64,000 bases of DNA from Spongospora subterranea f. sp. subterranea. Taxonomy: Eukaryota. The position numbers and the translations under genes were made by a program. The DNA lies in assembly GCA_049724395.1 (NCBI GenBank), contig JAUGWO010000069.1:248001-312000 (forward strand). Direction: 5' to 3'. How positions within the stretch are numbered: the stretch's first letter is position 1; every line of letters starts with the position of its first letter. The notes beneath the pieces were generated by a model. The model did no database searches, was not told the DNA's origin, and saw only the letters and a list, made by a program, of their open reading frames with translations. Shown here in pieces: positions 12,243 through 25,745 of the stretch.

Positions 12243-12560
12243 GACCCTACTATAGGTACACTAGTGGGACTGACCCAGATAGGTACACTACCACTCTACC
12301 ACCAGGAACACTGACCGTATAGATACTCTATCACCAGGGTGGAACTGACCCTATTGGTACACTACCACCAGGAACACTGACCGTCGATCTCCAGGGTGGA
12401 ACTGACCCTATAGGTACACTACCACCAGGAACACTGATCCAATAGGTACACTACCACAAGGTACACTGATCCTATGGGTACACTACCCCCAGGAACATTG
12501 ACCCTGTAGGTACACTGTACCACCAGGAACACTGACCCTATAGGTACACTACTACCAGAA
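12243..12560. repeat. Degenerate 32-bp minisatellite (TAGGTACACTACCACCAGGAACACTGACCCTA), about 9-10 units
   Basis: Unit starts at 12411, 12443 and 12475 give a 32-bp period; variant units contain GGTGGAACTGACC. Confidence 0.9.
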
Positions 12561-12634
12561 CAACCATGGACTCACCACATACAGACCGGCGGACCCGACC
12601 CACCATACCCCGTTCCAACCCACTGACAGCCACT

Positions 12635-13159
12635 CAGGGCTGGCCGACCCGGGGTTTTCACCGAGGTTGTTTGGAAAAACCTTTTTTGCCTTTCAGATAG
12701 GAAAATAAGGTTTTTCAAGGTTTGTGAACCAACTCCAAAGCTCATCATGGACGACGAGATGATCGATATCTTGCAAGAAGAGCCTATCCATCGATGGATC
12801 AGGATCGTTGATGCCTGAGGCTTCGTGTTTGTGCTAGCGACTGGGTCAAGTGCTTCAGCTCCTGTCCCTAACGATGATGCATCCACAAGAAAGAGTTGTG
12901 GACGATGTTCGTCCCCAATAGAGTTCACAAGAAGAAGACTATGATGCCAACGACGATCAGCCTGAGCAAATAGAGTAATACAATGGATGAGATAAGTTCG
13001 AAACCCAGCAAAACTGATTTTTTCACCAGAAACCTACTCCTCGACGCAAAAAGTGGAAACACGGCATGATGACGAAAAACCTTAACAAAAAAGGTTTTTG
13101 ACATGAAAAACCTAAAACTAATTTCAGTTTTCCCGAAAAGTAGGTTTTTCCCAGCCTTG
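12635..13159. mobile_element. Possible degenerate non-autonomous hAT-like element
   Basis: Ends CAGGGCTGG... and ...GGTTTTTCCCAGCCTTG, with AAAACC/GGTTTT subterminal motifs at both ends. No target-site duplication found. Confidence 0.4.
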
Positions 13160-13179
13160 GCCTGGTTTTGATTGCGCCA

Positions 13180-13250
13180 GGGAAATCATTGTGTTGAAAG
13201 GAAATCATTGGTTTGATAGGGAAATCATTGTTTTGATTGGGAAATCATCT
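13180..13250. repeat. Four copies of a ~20-bp repeat with core GGAAATCAT
   Basis: GGAAATCAT at about 13181, 13200, 13220 and 13240. Confidence 0.85.
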
Positions 13251-13543
13251 GCTTCTGGTTGCGATAGCGTTGGCCAGAAACTTTATACATTTGCGATTTT
13301 TTTAAATTATACATTTGTGTTTTGCAATGACGGCAATCTCGGCGGGTAGGATGGTGATTCATCTGGGAGTGTGTGGAGCGTCAGAAGGTGCAGGGGAGCG
13401 ATTAATTCCTTGTCCAACCATTGCCTGAAAAACTCATTTAGTTCTTACCTAACCTGTTAAATACAAATGCTACAGACTTTGATGGCAGCCGAGAATGCCA
13501 GCAAAGCACGTAAATGAGGTTCGACATCGTTCTGATTGCCTAA

Positions 13544-14474
13544 TTAGAGCGAGCTCCAATAAGCTATGCCAAGTCGACTGACCTTATTTGCAATCAATAT
13601 ATGTGTCAAATCCGTACTTGCCGACTGATTTCCAGTGAAATCATCGATTTGCTTCCAAACCGTTTGTTTCGAAGGTGACGGTTCGACTTCTTCGAAAAAC
13701 GAGGGAGCGCTAGCGAACTGAATCATTATCCGGGCCGTAGTTCTGGACCTTAACAGAATTGTCCAAATGTCAATAATAAAACACAAAAGTGAACGGCCAT
13801 GACAGGTTACGTGGCTGATAGATCCAGAGCAGTTACAGATTCGAACGACATTTCGAATTTATGTGCGATTCCCTCTTTTAAGATCAGCCACATAATCGAT
13901 TGTCGCTAAACATCATCCTGAGTACTCAGAAACCGGCACCAATCGCATGTGAACGTACATCGAAATCGAATTGGCCAGCTAATTCGCCACGGAACTGAGC
14001 ACTTTGTTGAAAATCGCCGATTTTCAAACTAATGAGCGGAAAACACGCCGACACATCAATCTGAGTATAGTCAGACAATTCAGAGACCGATTGATGTTCT
14101 CATTTGTAATTCCTAACTTTATCGGTATGGGGCTGGGCAGAATTTCCACTGCCTGCAGCCGTTGGCATTCGAAGATTCCCTGACACAGAATCATTAGGGA
14201 GAGCATGCACAGCTGGAGCGGTGTGAGTGATTATCGTACTGCGGGCGGCGAACCAAGCGTTGACGGCATCGGTGGTCTGACCACATTGCGACTGACCAAG
14301 ACAATAGATTAGGTCCTGCGATGATGAAGCGATAAGAAAAAATACGGCTATGGCTTGTAATGCGGTCGGATTCGGGTTCGGATCCCGAGCGAAGTTCGCC
14401 TCGAGATAGGCCCTGATTTGGGCCTGTACCGTATTCCTGGACGAGTCCGGCGATGTTGGCATGATTTGCGCCAT
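13544..14474 (-). CDS. Protein with an atypical N-terminal homeodomain-like region (multi-exon; 3' end approximate)
   Basis: Removing the in-frame 54-nt intron 14345-14292 gives QAQIRAYLEANFARDPNPNPTALQAIASQCGQTTDAVNAWFAARS, matching the homeodomain L-E-x-x-F...P...W-F pattern. Confidence 0.6.
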
Positions 14475-14789
14475 CTTGATGGTGTATACCCTGGGACGAC
14501 TCAGACAGACCCCCCCGGACCCGCCGACGGAGCTCAACGAAATCGGTCTGGAATGGGGGAACAGCAGAGTGATCGCATCTCTCGGTAGGGATGATTTCCA
14601 TCATATTCCTGTACGACCATGGGGTGGACCAGATAATCAACAATATCATATTCTTTCTAGGTTTATTCATAGCTTATCATATGGGACAGTTAAATATTAA
14701 GAGTTGCATATGGGGATGTCGCTCAATTTGGTTTGGTCTCAGAAGCGCGAACTGTCAGTTGATCTGTTTCGAAAAGTTATATCTTTTGA

Positions 14790-17700
14790 TTACGATGTTG
14801 GTAGTGGTTTTTGACAATAGTTGACGGTGCCATCCGCTTCATCAGTGTCAGTCGCTGTGACTCCGGGAATGGAGGCGGTACGAAGCTGGTCGACAAGATC
14901 CACGATATGTTTCTGAACCTGATCATCATCCGACCCCATCGATACGGATGTTCCTGAGGTGTCATCCGCATCATCCGATAATGAGAGCTCAGTACTGGAA
15001 GGCCGTCTATCGTGCATGGAACTCCCTTCTTCAGGGGCGAAACCCACTTTTCCTGTTGTCTTGGGGTCACCTTTTTTCGCACCATTATTCCGTTGTTTCG
15101 ATGGCACAGCTGGATACTCCGAATAAACCGAAGAGTTTGTCGATTCCAACGTGGCTAGCGAGTCTCTGTATCGTTTCGCGTCATCTCGTGGTTGAGGGAG
15201 AGCGTGAAGCAGGGCGAAAGTTGGGGGTGAAGAAATAGTCAAACTAAGGGAACCATCTTCGGGAACGTGATCACCGCTTGGTTTAACAGTCATTTTGTCA
15301 GAATATCTCGTATTTCCTAAAAAAACATTGTTAACGACGTGCAGAAAGGATGTCATACACATAAAACTTTGGCTAGCCGACTGGAATTCCATACTGTCTA
15401 CGGGGGAGTGTCGTTCAGCAAGTGTGTATTCGGGATTTAAGGAATCCATTGACTGCATCTATGGGGACAGCTTAACTACAATAGCAGGATATGCAACACA
15501 AAGTATGATCACTGTTACTTCTTCAAAAGAACTGGGAATGTAAAGAGTTGCAAGGCCGCTAATGAGCGAGACAACTGGGCCGTCAAAGAATCGGATGCAT
15601 TCGCTATAGCTGCTTTCGGTAATCTGTCCCTTATCTAAATGAATCACCGAATCACACCTAAATTGACAGGTTAGCTAAGTGATGGAACACTGGAAATAAA
15701 CAAACTTGAAATTAGTTGTATTCGCGACGGGAAAATAGAATTTGAAAGCGCCATAATGGTAGGATTGAGGAGCTTTATCAAACAAACGTGCGCAGACAAC
15801 CTCAGCGGCTAGCGCTGTTTCACGATCCGAAGCAGAACAGTTTTGCATTAGGATTTCCCCTAGCTAATCGAGTATTCAAAACGTTGAAACACGATACGAT
15901 GGATGTTTTACCTGGGCAAATCGCCTTGGTGTAACTTCTAACGCCAGCTCGTCAAGAATAGCATCTGATTTAGAATTAGTAAAAGCAGGAACTTGGGGGC
16001 GATACACCAAAACTCACCTAATAACCATAAACACGGTTTGCGCCACGTGACTTCTTCTGAACGCAGCAAGCTTTCCACTAAATCGAGGACAAACGCGGGA
16101 TTGGTAAACTTTGACCCTCGCAACGCAGCTCGGCAAATCGAGGGAACAATTTTCAGTAAATCATCGATACCAACTACTTCATTAATCCTGGACCGATGAA
16201 GATTGATGATTAGTAGAGCAACAACGATGTCGTCTGGTTGCGATTTACTCAAAACGATTAGATGATGTGGTTTGAATCTCATGGAATTCCTTGTTAGATA
16301 TAACTGATTTGCGAGAAATTCGGCGACTTCCTTGGATGCTCATACGGGTCAGGGTAGGGACAGTAGACCGCCTAGACGCCGAACCTGAAGCTGAACACGA
16401 TTGGCTGCAGAATCAGAACATGCGAATTGTAAAACAAGATCATGTTGGCAATTCCTTACCCACTTGATTATGATATCGTCTAACAGCACGAGCATCTTCG
16501 ATCGCCCCAGAGCATATGGCTACGATAACACGATGGAGATTGCTTAGCTGTGAAGATGCATCTGTCCTGGCGGTCTGTAACTGAGTTATGACTTGATAAA
16601 CAAGCCGATCTGATGTTATTAACGTCAACGATTGGTGATCGAATGACAAAACGAGGCAACCTTCAAGGATAATTTTTCTTGTTTCAAGTTCAATCAACAT
16701 CCCCATCATTGTGGCGATGACAATTTCTTCGGTTAGCGCACTGGCATTGGGCATCGAGCTAAAAAGCAACAGCTGATGGACGTAATGTTAAACAAACGTG
16801 GAATGGGAAGACGATGAACAATCAACCCTACGAGAAAGCGAATCGAAGAAGCGAATGTGGAAATTGAACAAAATCCTTTTGCGACGATGCTCGTTATGGA
16901 GGCAAATGACCACAAAGGTTGCAAATCCGAGATTATGTGGTTCATGTCATGTACCGATGTAACTGACTGGAGATCCACTTTTTTAAAAAACAACAGGGAC
17001 ATGAGGAGCCGATGTACCTGACAAAGGTTCAGGATACGTATACCCTGGCTGAAGACATCCAGATGGTCATGCGCAAGAAGCGAAAATCCTAGAACGATGT
17101 ACAGGGTCCATTCTACGACAAAACGCGCATAGGTTACAACTCCTCACCAATACTTCTATGGAACCGTGTTATTACCTGGACCAGTCCAATTCCGCTCCAA
17201 TGGAATTGAGGTTAGCAAATCGACTACGTTAACTAGCGCTACATGATCATGGCATAGCAAAGAACGTCGCATGCGCATCGACAGATGCATTCCCACTCTT
17301 AAATCAAACCAGACATTCAAGGCTGTATAAAGTTCCATTGAGCTTCGAGAAACCTAAGCCATTATCAGTGCAGCCACAGACATTGATGAAGAGGGTACCG
17401 TTTCATCTGGGCAACAGATCGCCCAGTCCCAAGCAAGTTTGCACCACTTCCTGGCGAACGATGGACGGTCTCTAACAACAATAGCAGCAAATGAAAGAGC
17501 AGTTTGCGTGGTAGTCAACCTCAGGGAGTCGAGAGCAAGGTCTAGAAGAACAAACTGAAAAAGCCTTTCCAACTCCTTGTGTCTTAAGACGGACGCACTG
17601 TTTTCAAGACTTAGCGACTTATCAATATTTCGGCTTTTTTTAATTATACCTGTGCACCATCAAAGGAAAAAAATCTCGAGTTCGATCAGGACGTTCAAAA

Positions 17701-20700
17701 GCAGTATTCGTTAGGATATACAATGCCATGTTAGTATTGCTCCAATCAACAACGGATGGGCTGTTGTCACTATAAAAATCACTTGAGATATTGCACAACG
17801 GGATATCATCGCAAAACGTGCGGATATTCTGCAACAAGTGGGAGACTGGAAGGAGTTAACCGAATAGTAAAAGCAGGACCGAAACTATAATACCTAATGC
17901 ATCGGATAGATTGCTTCTTAACAAATAAGAGGTGATCTGACGGCAAAGTTCAGGAAAACTTTCGAACTGGATCTCCAGAAAGGAGGACACCACTAGCAGA
18001 ATGGACCTGTGATGTTGATTGCCAACAATATTCCAGATTGCACATAACTGATCGTCTAAATCGAAGGTCGAATGGATTACGCGAGTGAGATTGAAAAGAG
18101 AATTAAGCACTTGAAAAATTAACGGCCCGGCTCCGGTAAGACGCTCGAAAGTACTCACCAGAGAATCAACACAATCTGAGCAATGACTCGTGTCTTCGTC
18201 CTCCATATCTGAGGCTGAACACTTCGATAGAAGCTGTGAAAGCCGTGGTACCCAATGAAGTACGAAGCGTAGAAGAACTCGTGCATCATGTTCTGAAACA
18301 TGGTAGACAAAGAAAGCCACTAAAGAAATTTAATCCTTATCGGCACATACGAAAGATATGGATCGTTACCAGCGTCCAAAAAGTATGGCATATACACAAA
18401 GTATTCCGATGCAATGCCTTCACAAGTACGAAGCGCAAATTCTAAGCAAACATTGATGCAATCGTGCGTTATGCGTCGCGATTCAGAGCGAACACCGAAT
18501 TCAGGTTGCAACAGAGATGCCATTTCAAGTCCACCTTGTCTGAGAGCAACAGAGGGAGACACCTGGAAAGGAAAGTATTGGGCAAAATCAAGATTCCTCT
18601 GAATGCTAACCTGTAACAGTAACGACAACGCCAAGAACGTGCAAGGGTGGTTTGCGAATTCGTCCACTTGCGTATCAAAACGTTTTGTTTGTGAAGCAGC
18701 ACCAACAGGGTTCGGACAAACAATAAAAAAGTGACGCCGAGAGGATTTGGGGGAAATATTGTCGCAAACCGCTCGAATGTAGGCCTCGGACGTGTAGGGA
18801 GCGTTCTGACGTGAACAAGCGTGAACCACAAAATCCAGCAACTGAGAAGGTTGATGGAGAAGTAGGGCACTAAATGAATTCGCAACAGGCAGACGAAGCG
18901 AATTCATAGATTCTGAATGACATCTGTGAAGCTGAAAAAAAAAACATTCTCTTGACCTACCAAGCCAAAGTGAAATATCAGTCAGCAAAACAGGTTCTGA
19001 AATTGGCCCCATAGCCACCAAAGACGAGATGGCATTACAAGACGCAATATGGATCTACCATGACGTGATGAAAAACGTGAATGACAGAAACGATTTACTG
19101 ACCTTGTTCCGAAGTTTTTCTCCAACTTGCGTATCTGAAGCCAGTCTGGATGCAAGACGACTTGTAATGAAAACGAAAATATTTCTACGATAATGTCGAG
19201 AGTCAAAGGCGTGGTTTCTAAATCAGAATAAGTTGACGTTATGTAGTAAACAGAAGCGTCGTACCTTGGTGACAACTCAACCGGTGAGCCGTTTTGTTTG
19301 TCAGAACTACTGCAATGTGAACACAAGTATCAAAGAAAGCCAAGGCATCACTCACCTTAAGCACTCGCTATAGAATTCGGACAGCATACGCTCGCAAGAA
19401 GGATCTTGAGAAACAAGCTCGAAAATTGGTACATGATGCTGACAGCATTTGAGCACGATGCCAAGCATCGACTTGAAAATTCCGATATTGCATTCAGCAA
19501 ACCTAGGAAAACATAACTATTACAGTTTGCTCCAGATAATATTGAGGCATACATTATGTGATGATTAACTAAGCACCACTGCACGGTGAATTCGAATATC
19601 TGAACTGGGATGATTTTCAAATTCCGCATAGAATTGTCGTCCAACTTGGACACCAACAATTCGTAAACTTTTAAGGTTCTCCAATGGAAAAAAAAGTCAA
19701 TGATGGGATCTAAAGAGTTTCTTTTCGGGCGCCTTTTACTGAATCAGAATCAGATTTGAGACTCAAATTAAACAGAAAAAACATCCATACATGGTCGCTA
19801 CGGCTTGAACAAATCCAGAGGGCACGACAGATGCCTTGAATGAATAAGCGATTGAATCAAGAACTGATGAGTGAAGCAAGGAAAGAGATTGTTTTGCTTC
19901 TTGCCAAACCTAGAAGACCTGTCAGCGAGATTTGGAATCTGTTGAGAAACGAGCCTTTTTCGGGGCGTTCCTTGAGACGCCGAATATATACTGAGAAAAC
20001 GTTGTTATATCGTCGGCAGAGAGATGAAGTGAAACGAATGAATGACGAAGCGCTGCGTTTCAGTAAATAAGGTTTGTTGGACAGTAGCGACATAGCACCA
20101 ACATTGATATGTTTCTTTTTTGGTGCAATAGTCCGCTCTGTACTTTTCAGTAGTAAATTCACTAGGAAACGTCTCAGACAAACGAGCCCCAAGACAAGCG
20201 AATCGTAGATGATTATTCCAGGCCGGATATTGATACGTCTTCAACTCAGGAGAGTGTTCCTTATTTCCCATCACCACGAGATGATCGACAACAATCGACC
20301 ATACCCAGGAAATCACTCCCTAAGAAAGTTAACAGACGGAAACAACCCTCTATGCATTAAGCATGCTTACCGTAAATTGAGAATAATTGGCATCAATAAA
20401 CCTGAACAGTGCAGGAGAATGTCCCGATTCTGGATCAGGCAAAGCGTCTGCTTTTAAGTAATCAACTAACAGCGATAACCTGTTTCCCTACGATCGTCAA
20501 CTATTAACGTTTGACAACGGGACCAATGGAGAGCAAAATACTGATTGCAAGTCTTTCAATGAATAGGGGCCAACACTCGTCGGAACACTATCTAGTAAGC
20601 GAATTCCGGCAGACGACAGAATCTGAATGAACAGGTAAGTGGCAGCCAACCCACTAAGTATTTTGAACGATTACGTTAAGAAGATCCCATGCTTCCTTCC

Positions 20701-23056
20701 TGATCCATTCCTCAGGATGCGTCAACCATAACAAGCAGATGCCCTCCAAGTGATGGCGAATTGCTATCCATGATTCAAACGACACCTGACAGGGCGTTAC
20801 TATTGTAAAATCGATTCACGGTCCCAAAGTTACCATGGTTGTCTCGCCCCGGTTGAGCAGAATGAACTCATCATACGAAACTAGAATGACTTTGACATTA
20901 CTAATCGTCCTTACTTGAAGCGAGATGTCGTCTTCGTAAAGACGAGAAAGAACATCAACTAATGAATATCTGAGGATAGGTTGAGAAGGCAAAAGTCATC
21001 GTTGAAAATAGCATACAGTGACAATAACAGGCTATTTTCAGGATTTCGGATTGCATAACGATGAAGCGCTCCAGATGCCGATACAGCCACCTCATGAGTG
21101 ATATCAAGTGTGAGCGCAGCGATACGCGATCCGGTAATCTTCACTCGTTCCGGTTTATTATGGCAAATGAAAGGGAAGCACGACAGCGCTGCGCACATCA
21201 TTCGTTTTTCGGAATCTGATTCAATGATGCTGAATATCAAGTGTTGGAGTCGAAATCAATCAAACGGAAGTGATGATTACCCGGAAACCAGCGGCCCTAG
21301 CGTATAATTATAGTTCTCCATCTCGAAGGGAATTTCGTTTGAAATACTGCATAACGCAGATAAAACCGCTATTTTGCATGTATCCGTGTAACCAGATTTA
21401 GACTTCAAAACAACTGCTGCAACTTCATTTACGAGAAAATGCATGTGCTTTCGTCCGATGCACAGTAAAATACCGATTGCAATCGGCAATTCAGCCTAAG
21501 TAAAGTTATGAAAGTATGCCGACACGTCATGATATGTATAACCTCAGTTATGCCCTTTTTTTTTGGCATCACACTTTGCAGGAGGGTTTGAATTTGCGCC
21601 GTAAAAAGGTCCATATCATCGCGGAAAAAGAGCACATTGACATCGCGGACGTAATCCTTTCCGATGACTAGGCATCCTGCTCGAAGTTCCTCCTTACGTA
21701 TTCCGTGGATGACAAGTTTGAAAACATCCTGATCGATTGAACAATGAAGTTAGACACGAGAAAGCGAGATAGGTCTAGTACCTCTCGGTTACTTGATGTA
21801 AAGAACGACATCTGACCAAGACAGACGCAAGTCACCTTGAAATCATTTGAACGACTGGTATAGAACATGACACGCCTCAATTACCATAAATGAATAACAG
21901 AACACAGCATGCTTGGATTTCTTAGACCATTTCCCCACAATCCTGTATAATCGTGCAAACACGTTCCAAAACGCAACTCCATATTCGCTGGTCTCTAATG
22001 CGCTTAGATTCCCGGGACCTAGTTACCAGAAATTAGATAGGTTACAAGACATTGGCACATTTTCCACCAAGAACGCATTGCATAATTTTTTTGAGCGACA
22101 TGCATATCTCAGCACGAAGCACCCCTCTATCAGTTTTGGTGCATATTGATGCCAGCTCCTCTAGGTATTTGACCGTTAATTGCAACTTATCTATGCAAAA
22201 ATCCATGTCTCCAACGGCCCGTTGAACGATCACTGGGCGACAGCAAAGTAAGAGTTTAGCAACCACGCTCGGCAGTTGTAAGATACCAAACTCCCTTGCT
22301 TGCGCGTCCGAGCTGTTCTTTTTCATCTCCATCAGAAGAACAGATATAATCTCTCCAAGAAACAATTTCGAAAGCGCACTTAGACATCGACCTGCAGCGC
22401 TTTGCACAGGAAGAGAAAATCCCTGGAGCCCGGCTGTCAACACACAGACCCGGATGTTGTCAACAGTCTCCCCAGCTCATACCAAAGACAGCCTCGAGAA
22501 GCAATACGTTATGATTGATGAGGGAATGTCAGACGGCAGATCATCCTATCCCGCTATGAGATGACATTCGCTAGGTCAGGCGTCCCATTACCTGGATTGT
22601 ATCCCTTCGCTCGATTGCGCCTAGCACTTCTGCAGTACAGTCCAGAATCCAGAACTGTGGACTTTGCTCCCTATGATCTAACGAGCTCACTGCCCGATCT
22701 TTGGTGCTGTCAACGAGGTATTAGACGTCGATCCAATAGCACCATTCCTTCTATACCTTGGCACAGTTCGATGGTCAGGGTGTACTCCATCTCCTACTGT
22801 TTTTTTGGCGACCGTTATTAGCATGTCCGCTACAATCAACGCCCTCGTTGCGTTTTGACAGCAAAGTCTTCGCAGCCAGGAGAGGATCATTGCCGCTGAC
22901 CGTATCACGTCTTCCTGCGGTCGCATAAGAACAGACGGTGCACGGTTGCGACAAAATCGAAACCTGGTGGGCTTTGGGTTGACTCCATGCCAGAAGCAAC
23001 TCATCAACTTGCTGAAGAGTATGGTCGATTGCCTGCTCCCCAGCGATCCCGTCCAT
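14790..23056 (-). CDS. Furry/Tao3/Mor2-like HEAT/ARM cell-morphogenesis scaffold (many exons)
   Basis: About 8 kb chain of same-strand helical-repeat exons separated by short introns. Segments resembling Furry/Tao3: AGRCLSALSKLFLGEI, LLRFVLHWVPRL, IWNIVGNQHHRSILLVVSSFLE, CRQITSYLLR. Low-complexity acidic C-terminus. Confidence 0.7.
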
Positions 23057-23509
23057 TCTGACAGGACAGATGACGCCCAAGCGCCAATCTCAAGTGGTAA
23101 AACACGTTTGGATTATGAAAATGATTGCATCAGCCAGTTAGGAAAGTTACAAAGTGTCGAAAAGTGCCCTGCTCACCCAGACGCGGGGTAACGGAAAAGC
23201 GTCCTACACTGTCAACGTGTGCGTTACACATGACTGGAGAGGAACCCACTGGGTCAAACAAGTCAACCAGCCCGACCCGGTTCCTGTTCCACCAGGAGCC
23301 CCAACCCAACCCTGGTTGGGGATCACACCAGGCGCATTGGGTGTGTCAGAGCTCAGATCGGATTCGTCTTGAGGGGCCGGGTTCAGGGCGTTCCTATCAT
23401 GTAGTAGATATCAGGAACCTCGTCCTGAACAAACATATAACAGAGGCCCCTTCCGCGTTAATTGCATTGGCGGCCAAGGCACCTGAGTAACACCAGTATT
23501 GTTCTTTGT

Positions 23510-25532
23510 TTACGATCTGAACGAAGCCGATGCGCCACATGTTCCACAGCATTGCTCCGCTGTTTTCTTCCTTCGACCGATGGATTGTTGGCTAAACTTT
23601 CGTTGCTGCGGAGCGGAACCATCTAAGGTTGGAATTGATCGCGTTTTTGTGCACAGTTCACAGTTGTTGTTTGACCCTACCAAACATAAGCACTGTTTAT
23701 TCAAATCAAAAAAGATGGATTTTGCGATATTTGGTTCGTTTGATCGGAAACTATTTGAGTAAAGCGTCGACATCTTCCTCAATAGTAAATAAAGGTCCCC
23801 ACGATGCGTCCTGTTCCTCGAAACCGCTCAAATTTTATATCGATTTCAAAGGTCGTCGGTGTTTTGGTCGAATGTCTTTCAATCTATTGGCACACAAACC
23901 CTCAACGCACCACTATATTCAATGAACGTGACAGGTTCAGCCACACACGAGAACAATCTGGTCAAACCCCTGTCAAATTGGTGCTATGATGGGCACAGAG
24001 CTCGTCGGATTGCGATTCTACGAATTTTTTCAGCGTTTTACTGATCATGCTCCAGAAGAAGCGCCGCCCCTCATATGTTGTGCTGCTCTTGACCCCCACC
24101 GATATGTTCCTTATCTGAATACCCAGGTTGATTTCGTTCATATAATTTTCCAGTTTCGCCTGTTCTGACCCTCCTTACTCCCCTGCTGTATTTGACCCAG
24201 ATCAACCAATCCGAACAATGGGGTGAGTTTCTCCAGCCGAATTCCGTCCTGGCTGGGGTTCTTGTTCAAGACATTGCGAATGTTTGGAGACTCCGGGTCA
24301 TTCGCCAGAATTCGGGGCCCGAACACTTTGACTCAACACGTAATATGCACCGCGTCGATGTAAAAAGCCGTTTCGGAATATCCGAAGGTCGGCAATCTCG
24401 CAACCGAAGTAGGCTGGGAAGGAAACAGGCGAGCAGTGCCAATCGCAGGCGCTCTTCCAACGAAGCTGACGACTCAACTAGCACGGCTGAATCGATGCAA
24501 CTTGACCATCTCCTCAAGCAAAGCTCTATCCATGCAACTTAGAGCGCCATCCCGGTTTAATGTACCACACCCGGTGATTCGTTAGCAATGCCGACGATTG
24601 ACGGAAGAGGAGGTTCCCGAAATCGCCCATCTGGAGATAGCAATTGCATTGTCAGATATTCAACAGGTTTGAAGTACTTCCGTTATTGTGTGCAGGCTGA
24701 TCAAACCAAGCGGGTCCTTTGGAACATCTGTCGCGTCAGGAACTGGATGTCAACGTTAGTGTCGCTCGTTGACAATGACGCCTGTTTCGAAAAATTACGT
24801 CATTGAAACATCGAGGAGCTCGGCACTTACCAATATTGGAAATAAACCAGTTCCGGGATGATTGAGCTGGCGCCGACATATCCATACGAAATGTGCCGGT
24901 TGGCCTCAAGCTCGGCCGTCCTGTCTTCCCTTTTCAATAACCGTCAGGAACAATGACCGCCGATTGTTAACTCGGGTTTGTCGGGCGATCTCTAGAGGTG
25001 GCCCCCCTTGATTAAATTGACAAGTTCCAGTAGGGGGACGGGTTGTATCGAGATTGGAACGATCGCCGTTCAAATAAACGGTTGCAAGCCCCCGACCCTT
25101 GGATTTGGCGAATATCGACCCAGAAGGAATACCACACGAGATTCGATAACTTGGTCAGATCTTGTGCTGAACATGGTCGACGTTATCGTGAAGACAACCG
25201 AGGAGATCCATGTGAACGCCACCACATATAAATTACGCGAAACCTGCTCCCAAACCTGTGTTGATTGGCGTTTGACCAACGATCGACCAGACAATCGAAG
25301 AGGCTTGTACCGACCTGGCGGTACTAATTAGTTGTGGTGGCAGGTCATAAATCCATCCACTGTCGAATTCTGAAACCCCAACGTAGTTCCCGATGATTGT
25401 TGTGGTGGTGTCGACCTTCATGTCTGTAAACATGTTGACCATTGTCTGATCAAATCCTGTTTTTTTCACTGACGATAAAGAATATATCGTCTCTCTCTCT
25501 TTCAGCTCTTCTGTCAGCTCTTCTGTCGCCAT
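23510..25532 (-). CDS. Probable multi-exon hypothetical protein
   Basis: ATG ORF at 25532 (MATEELTEELKERE) and a clear GTAAGT...CAG intron at ~24830-24782. No family recognised and the exon structure is unresolved. Confidence 0.4.
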
Positions 25533-25745
25533 CTATATTATCGACCCCTTCTGCCAAGCCGTATCGGACCGAGTCGCGATGATCTGTTCTGGCCGACATC
25601 GGAAGGAACACTGATCGGTAGGGTCGCAGGGGAAACGGCCGCTAAAAACTCGACTGAAATAAACGACTTGTCGAAACCGACAGGAAAATTGGGTCTGTGA
25701 TCTATCCGCAGTGTCGAATCTATATTTGGTGATCGTTGGACAGGG

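Noticed and set aside
12243..12560. CRISPR-like repeat-spacer array
   Set aside because: Degenerate head-to-tail tandem repeat with no spacers.
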